64,000 nt of DNA from an uncultured Bacteroidota bacterium. Its GTDB lineage: Bacteria; Bacteroidota; Bacteroidia; AKYH767-A; 2013-40CM-41-45. The position numbers and the translations under genes were made by a program. Location of the stretch: the NCBI GenBank assembly GCA_963775555.1, contig CAVZJJ010000002.1, positions 578,889 through 642,888 of the forward strand, written 5' to 3'. Under the pieces are notes generated by a model. The model was not told the DNA's origin. It searched no databases and was given only the letters and a program-made list of their open reading frames with translations. Position 1 is the first letter of the stretch; each line of letters starts with the position of its first letter. Below, piece by piece: positions 37,975-49,462 of this stretch.

Positions 37975-39483
37975 TCAATCATAGCTCATTCCATACACTT
38001 CAAAAGCTTCATTCTGCCATTTTAACTGCAGAGCAGACCGGTAGACTTTTAAATAATCCCATAAAGCAGGATCGTAAAGAGGACTTTTCTCGTTTTCTTT
38101 TGCGACGACCAGCATCTTTACATTCAGGCGCTTAAAGAGCTGATCATTTTCTGCAGTTGTATTTTTCTGAATCAAATAGGTACTTGGGTGTTCACTATAA
38201 AGCGCCATAGCCCTGGCACGTGGGAATACCACAACGGCATCCCTGGATGTCTTATTGCGGAGGTATTCAAACATTTCTTTTGCATCCTTGCTCTGCGGGC
38301 CATCCACTGACACTCCGGTGGTGGCAACAATCTGATAAATCGGTTGAATAAGAGCTGCGAGGAGGAGCAGACTGGCGGCATAGGAGGACTTTCTTTCCAG
38401 CCCACTCTTAATTCTGCTGCTGATGATTTGAAGGCCTTCAAAGAAATAAAGAATTAAAAACGGAAAGACAGGAAAGAGAAAGCGGAAACCACCTGATGGA
38501 TAAGGATAAAATCCAAGTATAAGGAGGTAAAAAAGCAGCCACCATGCTTCCACACCATCATTTCGGAAGAGAGCACGCAACAGTCCGGTCAGCATGAGGA
38601 TTCCGCACATATATGTCCAGACGGAAGCATGCACGAATGGAAGCTGAAAAATCCTTCCTATATGATTCAGATAAACGAACAGGTTTGAAAAAAAATGAGT
38701 CGGATGGTCGGAGCCTGCATCTCTGTAAAATTCCAGGAAATCACCGACTGGAATTTTAAACAGGATGCTATTGAGGAGGAAAAAGGTACATGCGGAAATC
38801 AGCGTGAAGAAGAGAAAAACCTTTTTTCGGTTTAGCTTCCCGTATTTTTCGCCGGCTTCGCCTTTCAGGTAGCTCATGAGCAGAAAGGCGGCCAGAGCAG
38901 GGAGACTAATGGCACCAAGGATACGGATGGAGCTAAGGAATCCGCATAAGATTCCGAGGACCAGCCAGTGTCTGATTGTGTTTTTTCCCGAGCGGAACAT
39001 TGAAACCAAGAGGAGCAGAAACAAGGTGAAGGGTATTTCAGAAAGTATCTGCCCCTTCAAATCCAGGGTTAAATAATGATATGCGAAGAAAAGCATCAGT
39101 AATAAAGCCAATCTTTCATCAAAGAATTTCCGGAAATAATTCCAGCAAAGCCATGAAAGAACAATAAGGAAAATGGTTTCAAGTATCAGGTAAGGCCTGA
39201 TTTCAATACCACTCAAGGCGTACACAGGACTGAGCAACAAAGGGAAGCCAACAGGGTATGCCTTCACGGCAAAACCACCGGAAATTTCGTCTGACACCAA
39301 TCCGTTTTCCGTTTGTGGATGGCTTTCTGTGATATTGCCTGCCTGGATCAGGTATTGCGCAAAGTCATCGCCCCAGTCATGGCTGTCCCTGATGTTAATG
39401 AATAATAAGGGCAGCAGGAGAAGTAAAACGGTAAAGGAATACTTTTTGAGCATTTGCCACGAATATACGACACCTGTTTTCAA
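37975..39483 (-). CDS. GT-C fold (ArnT/PMT, GT39/GT83-like) membrane glycosyltransferase candidate
   Basis: 502-aa ORF with ~12 TM helices. An acidic motif lies in the first loop right after TM1 (INIRDSHDWGDDFAQY), as in the GT-C DxD/ExD loop. It has a C-terminal soluble domain. Confidence 0.5.
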   Translation of the reverse strand: MKTGVVYSWQMLKKYSFTVLLLLLPLLFINIRDSHDWGDDFAQYLIQAGNITESHPQTENGLVSDEISGGFAVKAYPVGFPLLLSPVYALSGIEIRPYLILETIFLIVLSWLCWNYFRKFFDERLALLLMLFFAYHYLTLDLKGQILSEIPFTLFLLLLVSMFRSGKNTIRHWLVLGILCGFLSSIRILGAISLPALAAFLLMSYLKGEAGEKYGKLNRKKVFLFFTLISACTFFLLNSILFKIPVGDFLEFYRDAGSDHPTHFFSNLFVYLNHIGRIFQLPFVHASVWTYMCGILMLTGLLRALFRNDGVEAWWLLFYLLILGFYPYPSGGFRFLFPVFPFLILYFFEGLQIISSRIKSGLERKSSYAASLLLLAALIQPIYQIVATTGVSVDGPQSKDAKEMFEYLRNKTSRDAVVVFPRARAMALYSEHPSTYLIQKNTTAENDQLFKRLNVKMLVVAKENEKSPLYDPALWDYLKVYRSALQLKWQNEAFEVYGMSYD

Positions 39484-39588
39484 TACCCTCTCCTAAAAAA
39501 ATAGCGATAGCTTCATTTTTAAAGATTTGGGACTATATTTTAGAGCCTTTTGACCCATCTTACACCTGCTTTTCTTTACATTTGCAGA

Positions 39589-40553
39589 ATGATTTCAACG
39601 AAGCAAGAATCTATTCTCGTCATAGGAGCAAATGGGCAAATCGGTTCAGAACTCGTGGAAGAGTTGCGACGGATCTATGGCTCCTCCCGTGTTATAGCCA
39701 CCGACATCAAAGAACCTTCCAGTGATGTTAAAAATGGAGGGCCCTTTGTTCAACTGGATGTTTTGGATTTTACAAAAGTGATGGACTTGATTCGTAAGAA
39801 TCATGTAACCCATGTTTATCTCCTTGCTGCTTTGTTGTCGGCCACGGCAGAAAAGAAAATCAAATCTGCCTGGAAGTTGAACATGGAAGGGTTACTCGGA
39901 TTGCTGGAGATGGCACGTGAGGAAAAATTCAGATTGTTCTGGCCCAGTTCAATTGCCATCTTCGGACCCAATACCCCTAAGCATCAAACACCGCAGTTTA
40001 CAATCACAGAGCCGTCAACAGTATATGGTATCAGTAAGTTAGCCGGTGAGCGTTGGTGCGAATATTATTTCACTCATTTCGGTGTCGATGTTCGAAGCAT
40101 TCGTTATCCCGGATTGATAGGGTATAAGACAGATCCAGGTGGCGGCACTACCGATTATGCTGTGCATATTTTTCATGAAGCCATTCGAAATAAAAAATAC
40201 GAATCGTTTCTTTCCGGAGTAGTGTGTTACCCATGATGTACATGCCTGATGCATTACGTGCCACCATTCGTTTAATGGAATCGGACAGCTCTTCATTGAA
40301 TGTTCGATCCAGTTATAATGTGGCCGGCATGAGTTTCAGCCCTGACGAACTCGCAAAAGAAATCTGCAAACATATTCCCGGATTTCAAATCAGTTATGCT
40401 CCTGATATCCGTCAGACCTATGCAGATTCATGGCCGCAGAGTATCGATGACAGTGTTGCCCGCCGGGACTGGGGATGGAAGGCAGAATACGATCTTTCCC
40501 GGATGACAGAAGATATGTACCATCATCTCCAGCACGTGTTGGTTTCCCACTAA
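39589..40553 (+). pseudogene. tdh: SDR-type L-threonine 3-dehydrogenase / NAD-dependent epimerase family protein, one frameshift near 40225
   Basis: ILVIGANGQIGSELVEELRRIYG...VIATDI (Rossmann) and YGISKLAGE (YxxxK) occur in ORF 39550..40236. The C-terminal part (LPMMYMPDALRATIRLMES...) lies in ORF 40224..40553. Confidence 0.65.
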
Positions 40554-40621
40554 AGTTTTCATGTTGAATTGAGGCGAACAATAAACCTTCCCGAAGGGAA
40601 CGCGATAATTAATAACCCACT

Positions 40622-42109
40622 ATGGTGAATGAAATATTTTTAACCAATTCTTTGAGCCGTAAAAAGGAAAAGTTTGTTCCTCTTGTACCTGGCTTTGTAG
40701 GGATGTATGTGTGTGGCCCTACTGTCTACGGTGCACCCCATTTGGGACATGCTCGACCATATATCACATTCGATGTAGTCAATCGTTTTTTTAGTCACCT
40801 CGGTTATCGGGTTAGATATGTTCGCAACATTACTGATGTAGGACATTTGGTTGATGATGCCGACGAAGGGGAAGATAAGATTGCAAAGAGAGCACGTATC
40901 GAAAAACTTGAACCGATGGAAGTGGTGGAGCTTTATACCGGAATGTTCCATGATGCAATGCAGGCATTGAACAATAATCCTGTAAGCATCGAACCACGTG
41001 CCTCCGGACATATCATTGAGCAGATCGATATGATTCAAAAAATCATGGATAATGGTTGGGCTTATGTATCCAATGGATCGGTTTATTTTAATGTGGTAAA
41101 ATACAGTAAGACCCATGATTATGGAAAGCTTAGTGGAAGAGTTATCGAAGAGTCTGATTGCCGGTGCCGGAAATGAACGACGTGAACTGGAAGGACAAGC
41201 AGAAAAACAAAATCCAGCTGATTTTGCATTGTGGAAAAAAGCATCTCCGGAACATATCATGCATTGGCCTTCTCCCTGGAGTGAAGGTTTTCCCGGATGG
41301 CATATTGAATGTTCTGCGATGAGTACCAAATATCTCGGTGAAACTTTTGATATTCATGGCGGAGGCATGGACCTGCTTATTTCCTCACCACGAAAGTGAG
41401 ATTGCTCAATCGAAAGGTGCCTGTGGAAATGCCCCTGTGCGATACTGGATACATAACAATATGATAACCATCAACGGACAAAAGATGGGTAAATCACTCG
41501 GGAATTTTATTAATCTGGATGATTTCTTTACCGGAAACCATCCTTTGTTGGAGCAGGCATACTCTCCTATGACGGTTCGTTTTTTCATTCTGCAGGCTCA
41601 TTACCGCAGTACACTTGATTTTAGTAATGATGGATTAAAAGCTGCTGAAAAAGGATTGAACGAAACTTATGAATGCTGCATGCGGTACTTCAGAAATTAA
41701 AAACTTCTGAGAAATCTACTTCCGATATTCCTGCATTACGAAAGGCATGCTTCGAATGCCATGTCTGACGATATCAATACTGCTATTACAATTGCACATT
41801 TGTTTGAAGCTGTTCGAATTATTAATTCTGTACATGCGGGAACAGAAACCATTTCAACAACGGATCGTGAACTTGCTAAAACAAACATATCGGGAATTTG
41901 TATTTGATATTCTTGGATTAAAGCAGGATAATAATGACAATAATGCGGACGCTGATACACTGATGAAATTTATTATGTCACTGCGAACGGATGCAAAATC
42001 TAAAAAGGATTTCTCGACATCAGATAAAATTAGGGATGAATTGGCTTCTCTCGGTTTTAAAATCAAGGATGAAAAAGATGGAACAATGACCTGGGCCAAG
42101 AATAATTAA
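40622..42109 (+). pseudogene. cysS: Cysteine--tRNA ligase, disrupted by at least 3 frameshifts
   Basis: There are four consecutive + strand fragments in different frames: [18 protein letters not shown] (HIGH), [20 protein letters not shown], and KMGKSLGN (KMSKS). The C-terminal DALR-like tail reaches 42109. Confidence 0.92.
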
Positions 42110-42154
42110 TCGTATATATTTAAAAAATCAATATTTATTATTTCAGTTACAGTC

Positions 42155-43184
42155 ATGAATAACGACCGTTCAGTACGAAGTATTCATACAACACTTTGTC
42201 TTGGAATCTGATGTTGTTCACCTTGTTATTTTTGGCTTGTGTTCATCGTCCGACAAAGCACCGGAAAGCACAGCGCCGGAATGGCAGAATAACAAAGTTG
42301 CACCCTCAGTTATCGTACCTTATTCAGTGAAGATTCTGCTACCTGTTTGTGAAAGCAGCAGTGTGACTTTGGTCCGCGTGTACCTAATACAAAAGCACAT
42401 GCCTGTGCCGATTACTTGAGTTCTAGTTAAAGGGATATACATCTTCTGTGATTGTTCAGAAGGGGACGTGAAGACCTACAATGGCAGTTAGTCTCAATTT
42501 CAAAAATATTATTGCTGAGTTTAATCCGGAGAAGTAATCAACGAGTCTTACTATTTGCACATTGGGATACACGACCATGGGCGGATCAATGACACAGATC
42601 GTCCGACTGAACCAAGTCTGGGTGCAGATGACGGAGCGAGTGGCGTGGCTGTACTTCTGGAAATTGCACGACAGTTTTCATCGTAGGCACCCTCCATTGG
42701 GGTTGATATTATTTTCTTCGACGCGGAAGATTGGGGAAAAAGCGATGGTGGAGCTGAATCAGTAGACTCTTATTGTCTCGGCACACAATACTGGACAAAA
42801 AACCTACACACGCCGGGTTATGTCGCTAATTACGGAATTCTGTTGGATATGGTAGGTGGTAGAAATTCAGGTTTCAGAATGGAAGTATAATTCAAGACAA
42901 TTTGCATCTCTGTTCTTGATAATGTATGGAAAACCGGAGTGAATCATGGGTACTCGGGATATTTCATTTTTCAGGATGGCGGATGGATTACCGACGATCA
43001 TGTTTATGTGAATCAAATAAATATTCCAAGCATAGATATCATTGCAAGTGCCAACGGTTGAGCAAAGAGGCTTTCCTACTCATTGGCATACACATGAGAT
43101 AATATGGACATCATTGACAAAGGAACGTTAAAAGCTGTGGGACAAACCGTATTGCATGTGGTTTATTCGGAGAGAGGAAATTGA
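42155..43184 (+). pseudogene. M28 family peptidase / glutaminyl-cyclase-like protein, heavily frameshifted
   Basis: Manual multi-frame reading gives FNADSAYLFVKAQCDFGPRVPNT..., NIIAEFNPEK, HWDTRPWAD, GADDGASGVAVLLEIARQF, IGVDIIFFDAEDWG, DSYCLGTQYW and ITDDHVYVNQ. No single ORF exceeds ~70 aa. Confidence 0.6.
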
Positions 43185-43275
43185 GCAGAATATTCCCGGA
43201 ATAAGCAATAGAGCTAAGAGATTGACACAACCGTTAAATAGTTTTGGAATTCAGTGCAATTCAATAATTTCCACT

Positions 43276-44818
43276 TCAGGAACCTTTAGCAGTATTAAGT
43301 TGAATATGTTTCTGATGCGCCTTTGATTTAAATTCCTGAAAAATTTCCAAGTACATCTCGTCAATATAATCGCTTTTTGTACCATCAATCACCACGATGG
43401 AATATTCCGGAATTTTATCAAGCATCTCTATAAATCTTTTTTTGCTTAAAAAACTCACATTCATTGCCAGTTCAATGGTGAAGTGTTGGTTATGGCCTTC
43501 TGTTTTTTGTGAAATCGTGATAGCCTGCAAGATAGGTGTGTTTAATGACTATAGTAAATGGCGTGGACTATTCCGATAATACGCCGATAAGCAAATCTGT
43601 AAAGAGTATGGCAACGACAGTTACGAGGAAAGGTAAAAATTGTTCTCGGCCTTGTTTGTAGATGCCGGCAATCATCTTTGGTTTCACGAGGTTATATCCG
43701 GTTCGTAATAATATAACAGCCAGCACACAATAGGGAATCAGGTTGATGAGATGGGATGGCCAAGCTTATCGCCAATAAATATCCAGATGCCATGAAAGAA
43801 TGCGGATAGATTTTGTTTTCGCCTTTGCTTCAGCATTTGCTGAACTTCGCACAATTACAGCTGTGATTGGCAATCCTCCTAACAATGCCACTCAGAAAAT
43901 TTCCTGTTCCCTGTGCAATGAGTTCATTGTTCTGTGGAGAAATTCTATTGTATGGATCTAGTTTGTCAATGGCTGCCAGACTCAGGAGTGTTTCCAGTGA
44001 TGCGACAAAGCAAATGATTATTCCGGTTCTCCATATCGTCTGACATGACTGAAAAGCAGGTTAAATTGGGAGCTTATTTGAGAAAAATATTTTGCGGAAT
44101 GGAAACAAATTGGGTGGATGCCAGCTGGATAGGAGGGAAAATAGTATTTCAGAATCATGCTTCTGATATTCCGACCAGGACAACGACCAGAAATGAAGCC
44201 GGTATGAAGGAAAGTTTTGTTGCCAATGTTCTTTTCCACCAGATAAGAAATGCCATGGATCATAATGAGATGATAATGGCTCCGGCTGAAGTATGATAAT
44301 ATAGATCATGTACATTTCTGAATGCGTGATTAAATGTCAGGATATTGAAAAATTCATTCGTCCAGAATTCAGGCTTGTCATATCCGATGAGCGGTGGAAT
44401 TTGTTTGGAGATTAAAATAATTCCGATGGCAGAGAGCATTCCTTTTATCACTGAGGATGGAATAAAATGTGTAAAGCCTCCAAGTTTTAATATTCCAAGA
44501 ATTATTTGCATTAGCTCCGGCTACGGAAACTGAAAGAAAGAAAATTTCCAATAGCACCCAATTGCGTGATTGCAGTTGCACAAATCGCTGTTAGTCCTGC
44601 AGCCGGACCGCTTACACTTAAAGGTGATTTGCTAAAGAGAGTTACGATGAACCTCCAATAATTCCGGCAATGAGTCCGGAATAGATAGGTGCATTGGACG
44701 CAAGAGCAACGCCGAGGCAAAGCGGCAGTGCAACAAAAAAAACGGTTATGCTTGCTTTAAAGTCGTGCTTGAGAAAAGAGAGGAAATAAAATCTTGTTTT
44801 TCTACTGAAGATGCTCAT
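43276..44818 (-). pseudogene. SulP family anion transporter with a C-terminal STAS domain, multiple frameshifts
   Basis: Fragments are 44511..44720 (SPLSVSGPAAGLTAI), 44260..44511 ([27 protein letters not shown]) and 43276..43530 (STAS-like: FLSKKRFIEMLDKIPEYSIVVIDGTKSDYID). The start [24 protein letters not shown] was read manually at 44818. Confidence 0.75.
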
Positions 44819-45133
44819 GTGAGGTGTAAAGTTGGGAAAATTATTCGGGTAAGAAATTGCTGCTTAATTGGATAATTATCAACGTAATATATTAAAGCAA
44901 AGCAAGAAAGGCTTATTAAAATTGATCTTGAGTAAGGGTAAATGGCTTTGTCAGTGATATTTAGCAAATATCTTCCGTCATTTCTTGGAAGATTTCAGCT
45001 TAAAATAAACCGTAATGGATCTCCACACTTTGTGAAAATCTTGTATTCCATTTCAATGTAAGCTTCGGGCTAATTCGTGGTTCCCTTTGTCGTTGACCAT
45101 CGTATGTTTGAATATTAATATAACCACACACAC

Positions 45134-45656
45134 ATGAAAAAAATCTTTACACTCATTCGCTATTCTTATTACTTTAATTTTATTTCAGGTGTCACTTGCA
45201 CATGCCCAGTACACCACCGGGGTTGGTCTACGAGTCGGGAAATTTGCAGCAGGAGTTGACGTCAAACATTTCTTGGACGCCAATGGAAATACAGGATTTG
45301 AATTAATGGCCGGAATTACCCGTGAAGCAAAAGGAGGCTATATCGCATTTAAAGGATATTTTGTAAAGCAACTTCCAATACTAAATTCATTGTTGAGAAT
45401 TCCTATAGACATTGTTTTTGGAATCGGGGCTCATGCCAGTTATTTCAAATATGATTATTATACCATAAAAGAAGGGCATCCTGTATTTCTATAAGGATCA
45501 GACGATTGCAGCCGGATGGATGCAATGTTCGGACTGGAATATGATACCCGAAAAGTTCCTTTCACGATAACTATCGATGCAAATCCTTTTTACAGTCTCA
45601 TAAATCCGGGACCTGAATGGATCGATTTCGGTATAACCGGGAGATTAAAATTCTAG
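45134..45656 (+). pseudogene. Small putative outer-membrane beta-barrel protein, frameshifted
   Basis: MKKIFTLI... signal peptide, then the 45189..45494 ORF (AQYTTGVGLRVGKFAAGVDVKHF...). It continues in another frame to ...IDFGITGRLKF* (aromatic terminus). Confidence 0.45.
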
Positions 45657-45671
45657 AAAGGTTGCAGGATA

Positions 45672-47060
45672 TTAAAACTCTGCATTCTTAGGTGTACGTG
45701 GAAATGGAATGACATCGCGGATGTTTGTCATTCCTGTAACGAAAAGCATCAGCCTCTCAAAACCTAAGTCCGAAGCCGGCATGTTCACAGGTACCGAATT
45801 TTCTTGTCTCCAGATACCACCATAAGTCTTCTTCGTGAATTTTCATTTCATGAATTCGTTGCTAGAAGTTTGTCATAGTTTTCTTCCCTCTGTGATCCAC
45901 CGATGATTTCTCCAATCCATGGAAATAAAATATCCATGGCACGAACAGTTTTGCCGTCTTCATTTTGCTTCATGTAAAAGGATTTGATCTCCTTTGGGTA
46001 ATCAGATAGTATAACCGGACGGCTAAAATGTTCCACTAGAAAATTTTCGTGTTCTTTTTGTAGGTCCGTTCCCCAGCTTACAGGAAATTCAAATTTTTTC
46101 GTTGATTTGGACAGTACGTCTATAGCTTCAGTATAGGTAAGTCTTTGAAATGGATTCAGCGACGACAGATTGTAAGTCGGTTCAATAATTCTTTGTCGTA
46201 TAGATTATTAAGAAACTCAAGATCATCTTTGCAATGTTCCAGTGCATAAGCGAATCAGATACTTTAAAAAGTCTTCAGCCAGATCCATGTTATCTTTCAG
46301 ATTATAGAAGGCCATCTCAGGTTCTATCATCCAGAATTCAGCAAGGTGACGCGGCGTGTTCGAATTCTCTGCACGAAAAGTCGGACCGAAAGTATATACC
46401 AGTCCCAGAGCCATCGCACCTAATTCACCTTCCAGTTGCCCGGATACCGTCAGGTTGGTTGACTTACCAAAAAAATCTTCCTTGAAATTTACTGTTCCAT
46501 CTGGATTACGGGGAATCTTATCAAGATCGAGAGTGGTTACCTTGGAACATTTCACCTGCACCTTCAGCATCCGATCCGGTGATGATCGGTGAGTGAAGAT
46601 TGAAAAAGCCCCGGTCATTAAAATATTTATGAATGGCAAAAGTCATGTGATGACGCATGCGTAATACCGCTCCAAAAGTGTTTGTGCGTGGACGCAGGTG
46701 TGCAATCTCTCGTAGAAATTCCAGCGAGTGACCTTTCTTTTGCAATGGATAAGTTTCATCGGCAGTACCCAAAACTTCAATACTCTGCTGCTTGTATCTC
46801 CACACTCTGACCCTGACCTTGGGAGGCACAATTTTCCTTTCACGGAAATGCAGGCTCCGGTGGTTATTGTTTTCATCAGCTCTTCGTCGAATTTTTCAAT
46901 TTCAGCAACTACCTGAATGGAATGTATGATAGAGCCATCATTGATAGCAATGAATGCTATTTGTTTGTTGCCGCGTCGGGTACGTACCCATCCCTGCAAA
47001 AACACATCGATATCCTGTCTCTTTGAATGTTAAAAGGTCAACGACCCGTCTTGATTTCAT
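45672..47060 (-). pseudogene. asnS: Asparagine--tRNA ligase, disrupted by at least 5 frameshifts
   Basis: Minus-strand fragments are [21 protein letters not shown] (OB fold), [40 protein letters not shown] (motif 1 region), [28 protein letters not shown] (motif 2) and [16 protein letters not shown]. The manually read C-terminus is ...[30 protein letters not shown]. Confidence 0.9.
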
Positions 47061-47348
47061 GTCTTATTAATATTCGGCAAAAATGACAATTAATAGGGGC
47101 TTAGCCAAATAAGATTGTAGGGGATTGATTGGCCTTAACGCATGATCCCATTTTGTACCTCTTTTTGGAGATGAAACCTACACCAGAGCTGCAAAATGCA
47201 GAAATAAATAGACTAAATCTATTTCGCTAAAGTCTGTTGGGGATGCCATAAATGCCTTGCCGCCTGCTTTAGAATGATGCAAGAATAAAGGTGACGAGGG
47301 CCTCCGTTCGCAATGAATCTTTATATCTTTGTATTAGGACCATAAAAG

Positions 47349-49275
47349 ATGGATTATAAGCCGGGGGACTTATTCAAGAGGATTAACCTACCTGAAGATC
47401 TGCGAAAACTTCCCGAAAGCGAACTTTTGCAGGTTTGCAACGATCTGCGCGACTATATCATTGATATTGTGTCGGTTAACGGAGGCCATTTTGGTGCTTC
47501 ACTGGGTGTGGTTGAACTTACAGTCGCGTTGCATTATGTTTTTCAATACGCCCTATGATCAGCTGGTTTGGGATGTTGGCCATCAGGCCTATGGCCATAA
47601 AATTCTGACCGGCCGAAAAGACATTTTTCATACCAACAGGATTTATAATGGCATCAGTGGTTTTCCCAAACGAAGTGAAAGTGAATACGACACTTTCGGA
47701 GTAGGACATTCTTCCACTTCCATTTCGGCAGCATTGGGAATGGCAGTTGCCTCACGCATCAAAGGTGAAAAGGAACGTCAGCATATTGCCGTTATTGGTG
47801 ATGGAGCGATGACAGCAGGACTGGCTTTCGAAGGATTGAATCATGGAGGTGTTGAGAATTCAAATCTTTTGGTAGTTCTCAATGATAACTGCATGAGCAT
47901 TGATCCGAATGTTGGTGCCTTAAAGGAATACCTCACAGACATCACCACTTCACATACTTATAATAAAGTGAAAGATGAAGTATGGAAACTTCTAGGAGTC
48001 ATCAGCCGCTTCGGTCCGAATGCACAGGAGATTGCTTCCAATGTGGAGAATGCGATTAAAGACATCTCTGCTCAAGCAAAGTAATTTATTTGAATCCTTC
48101 GCTTCAGATATTTCGGTCCCGTTGATGGTCATGATGTGAATCGCCTTGTGAAAGTGATGAATGATTTAAAAGATATTCCAGGCCCTAAAATTTTACATTG
48201 CCTTACTGTAAAAGGTAAAGGCTATGATCTTGCCGAGAAAGATCAAACGAAATGGCATGCTCCCGGATTGTTTGATAAAATTTCCGGAGAAATTGTAAAG
48301 CCGGCACATGTAGAACCACAACCACCGAAGTATCAGGATGTATTTGGTCACACAATTGTTGAACTTGCAAAATTGAATCCGAAAATTGTCGGAATCACTC
48401 CTGCCATGCCTTCCGGTTGTTCGCTGAATATCATGATGAAAGAAATTCCTGATCGTGCATTTGATGTTGGTATTGCTGAGCAGCATGCTGTTACTTTTTC
48501 GGCAGGACTTGCTACTCAGGGACATCATTCCCATTCTGTAATATTTATTCATCCTTCATGCAACGCGGATATGACCAGGTTGTACATGATGTGGCATTGC
48601 AAAATCTTACACGTTGTATTTTGTCTCGATCGGGGTGGACTTGCAGGCGCAGATGGGCCAACACATCATGGAGCATTTGATATCGCCTATTTCCGTTGCA
48701 TACCTAATATGATTGTATCGGCTCCGATGAATGAAGAGGAACTTCGAAACCTGATGTATACGGCTCAGTTGGAAAGTACGAATGCTCCTTTTTCCATTCG
48801 TTATCCAAGAGGAAATGGAGTGACTATCGACTGGCGTACACCTTTTCAGGAAATTCCAAATTGGTAAAGGTAGAAAAGTATGCGATGGAGAAGAGGTAGC
48901 CATCCTGACTATCGGTCATCCCGGAAACTTTGCTGTGAAGGCATGCAAGGAACTTGAAGTGGAGGGTATTCATCCTGCTCATTATGATCTGCGTTTTGTA
49001 AAGCCACTCGATGAAGGATTTATTGCACCAGGTTTTTCGAAACTATAAAAAAATTGTCACTGTGGAAGATGGTTGCCTGATGGGTGGCTTTGGAAGTGCA
49101 GTCATGGAATTTATGGCTGGACAATGATTACAGTGCTAAAATTGTCCGACTGGGTATTCCTGATAGTTTTATCGAACACGGTGAACAAAAAGAATTATAC
49201 GACGAATGCCATTTTGATTCGGATGCTATTAAAGATGCCATTCGCCAACTGGTAGACGAAACGGTTTTGGTTTAA
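47349..49275 (+). pseudogene. dxs: 1-deoxy-D-xylulose-5-phosphate synthase, with roughly 8-10 indels
   Basis: Fragments carry [110 protein letters not shown] and the C-terminal RLGIPDSFIEHGEQKELYDECHFD. Inside ORF 48136..48867 the stretch [30 protein letters not shown] is clearly out of register. Confidence 0.92.
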
Positions 49276-49462
49276 GCCTTTCTTTTAGGTAAGTTTTTAA
49301 CAGATTTACCTATTAAAAATAGCACTTTACCAAGTTTTCCGACTCCTTTAGGTAATAAAGTTTTATATCGGACGGGAAAATGTGCTAAATTATAACTTGG
49401 GAAATTTACTCTTTCCAAATCCGGGCTACCGAAGAGTTCATATCTTCACATTAATTTTAAAG

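Noticed and set aside
42110-45133. The region of very short ORFs as a possible mobile element, prophage remnant or non-coding island
   Set aside because: Manual multi-frame reading shows it is fully accounted for by two frameshifted ordinary genes, an M28/glutaminyl-cyclase-like peptidase and a SulP-STAS transporter. I saw no transposase, integrase or terminal inverted repeats.
47061-47348. The divergent asnS/dxs intergenic region, examined for a tRNA or structured RNA (small hairpins CTGCA-AAA-TGCAG and AAATAGA-CTAAA-TCTATTT)
   Set aside because: The hairpins are short and AT-rich, and there is no cloverleaf-compatible arrangement or conserved riboswitch core. This is consistent with ordinary divergent promoters.
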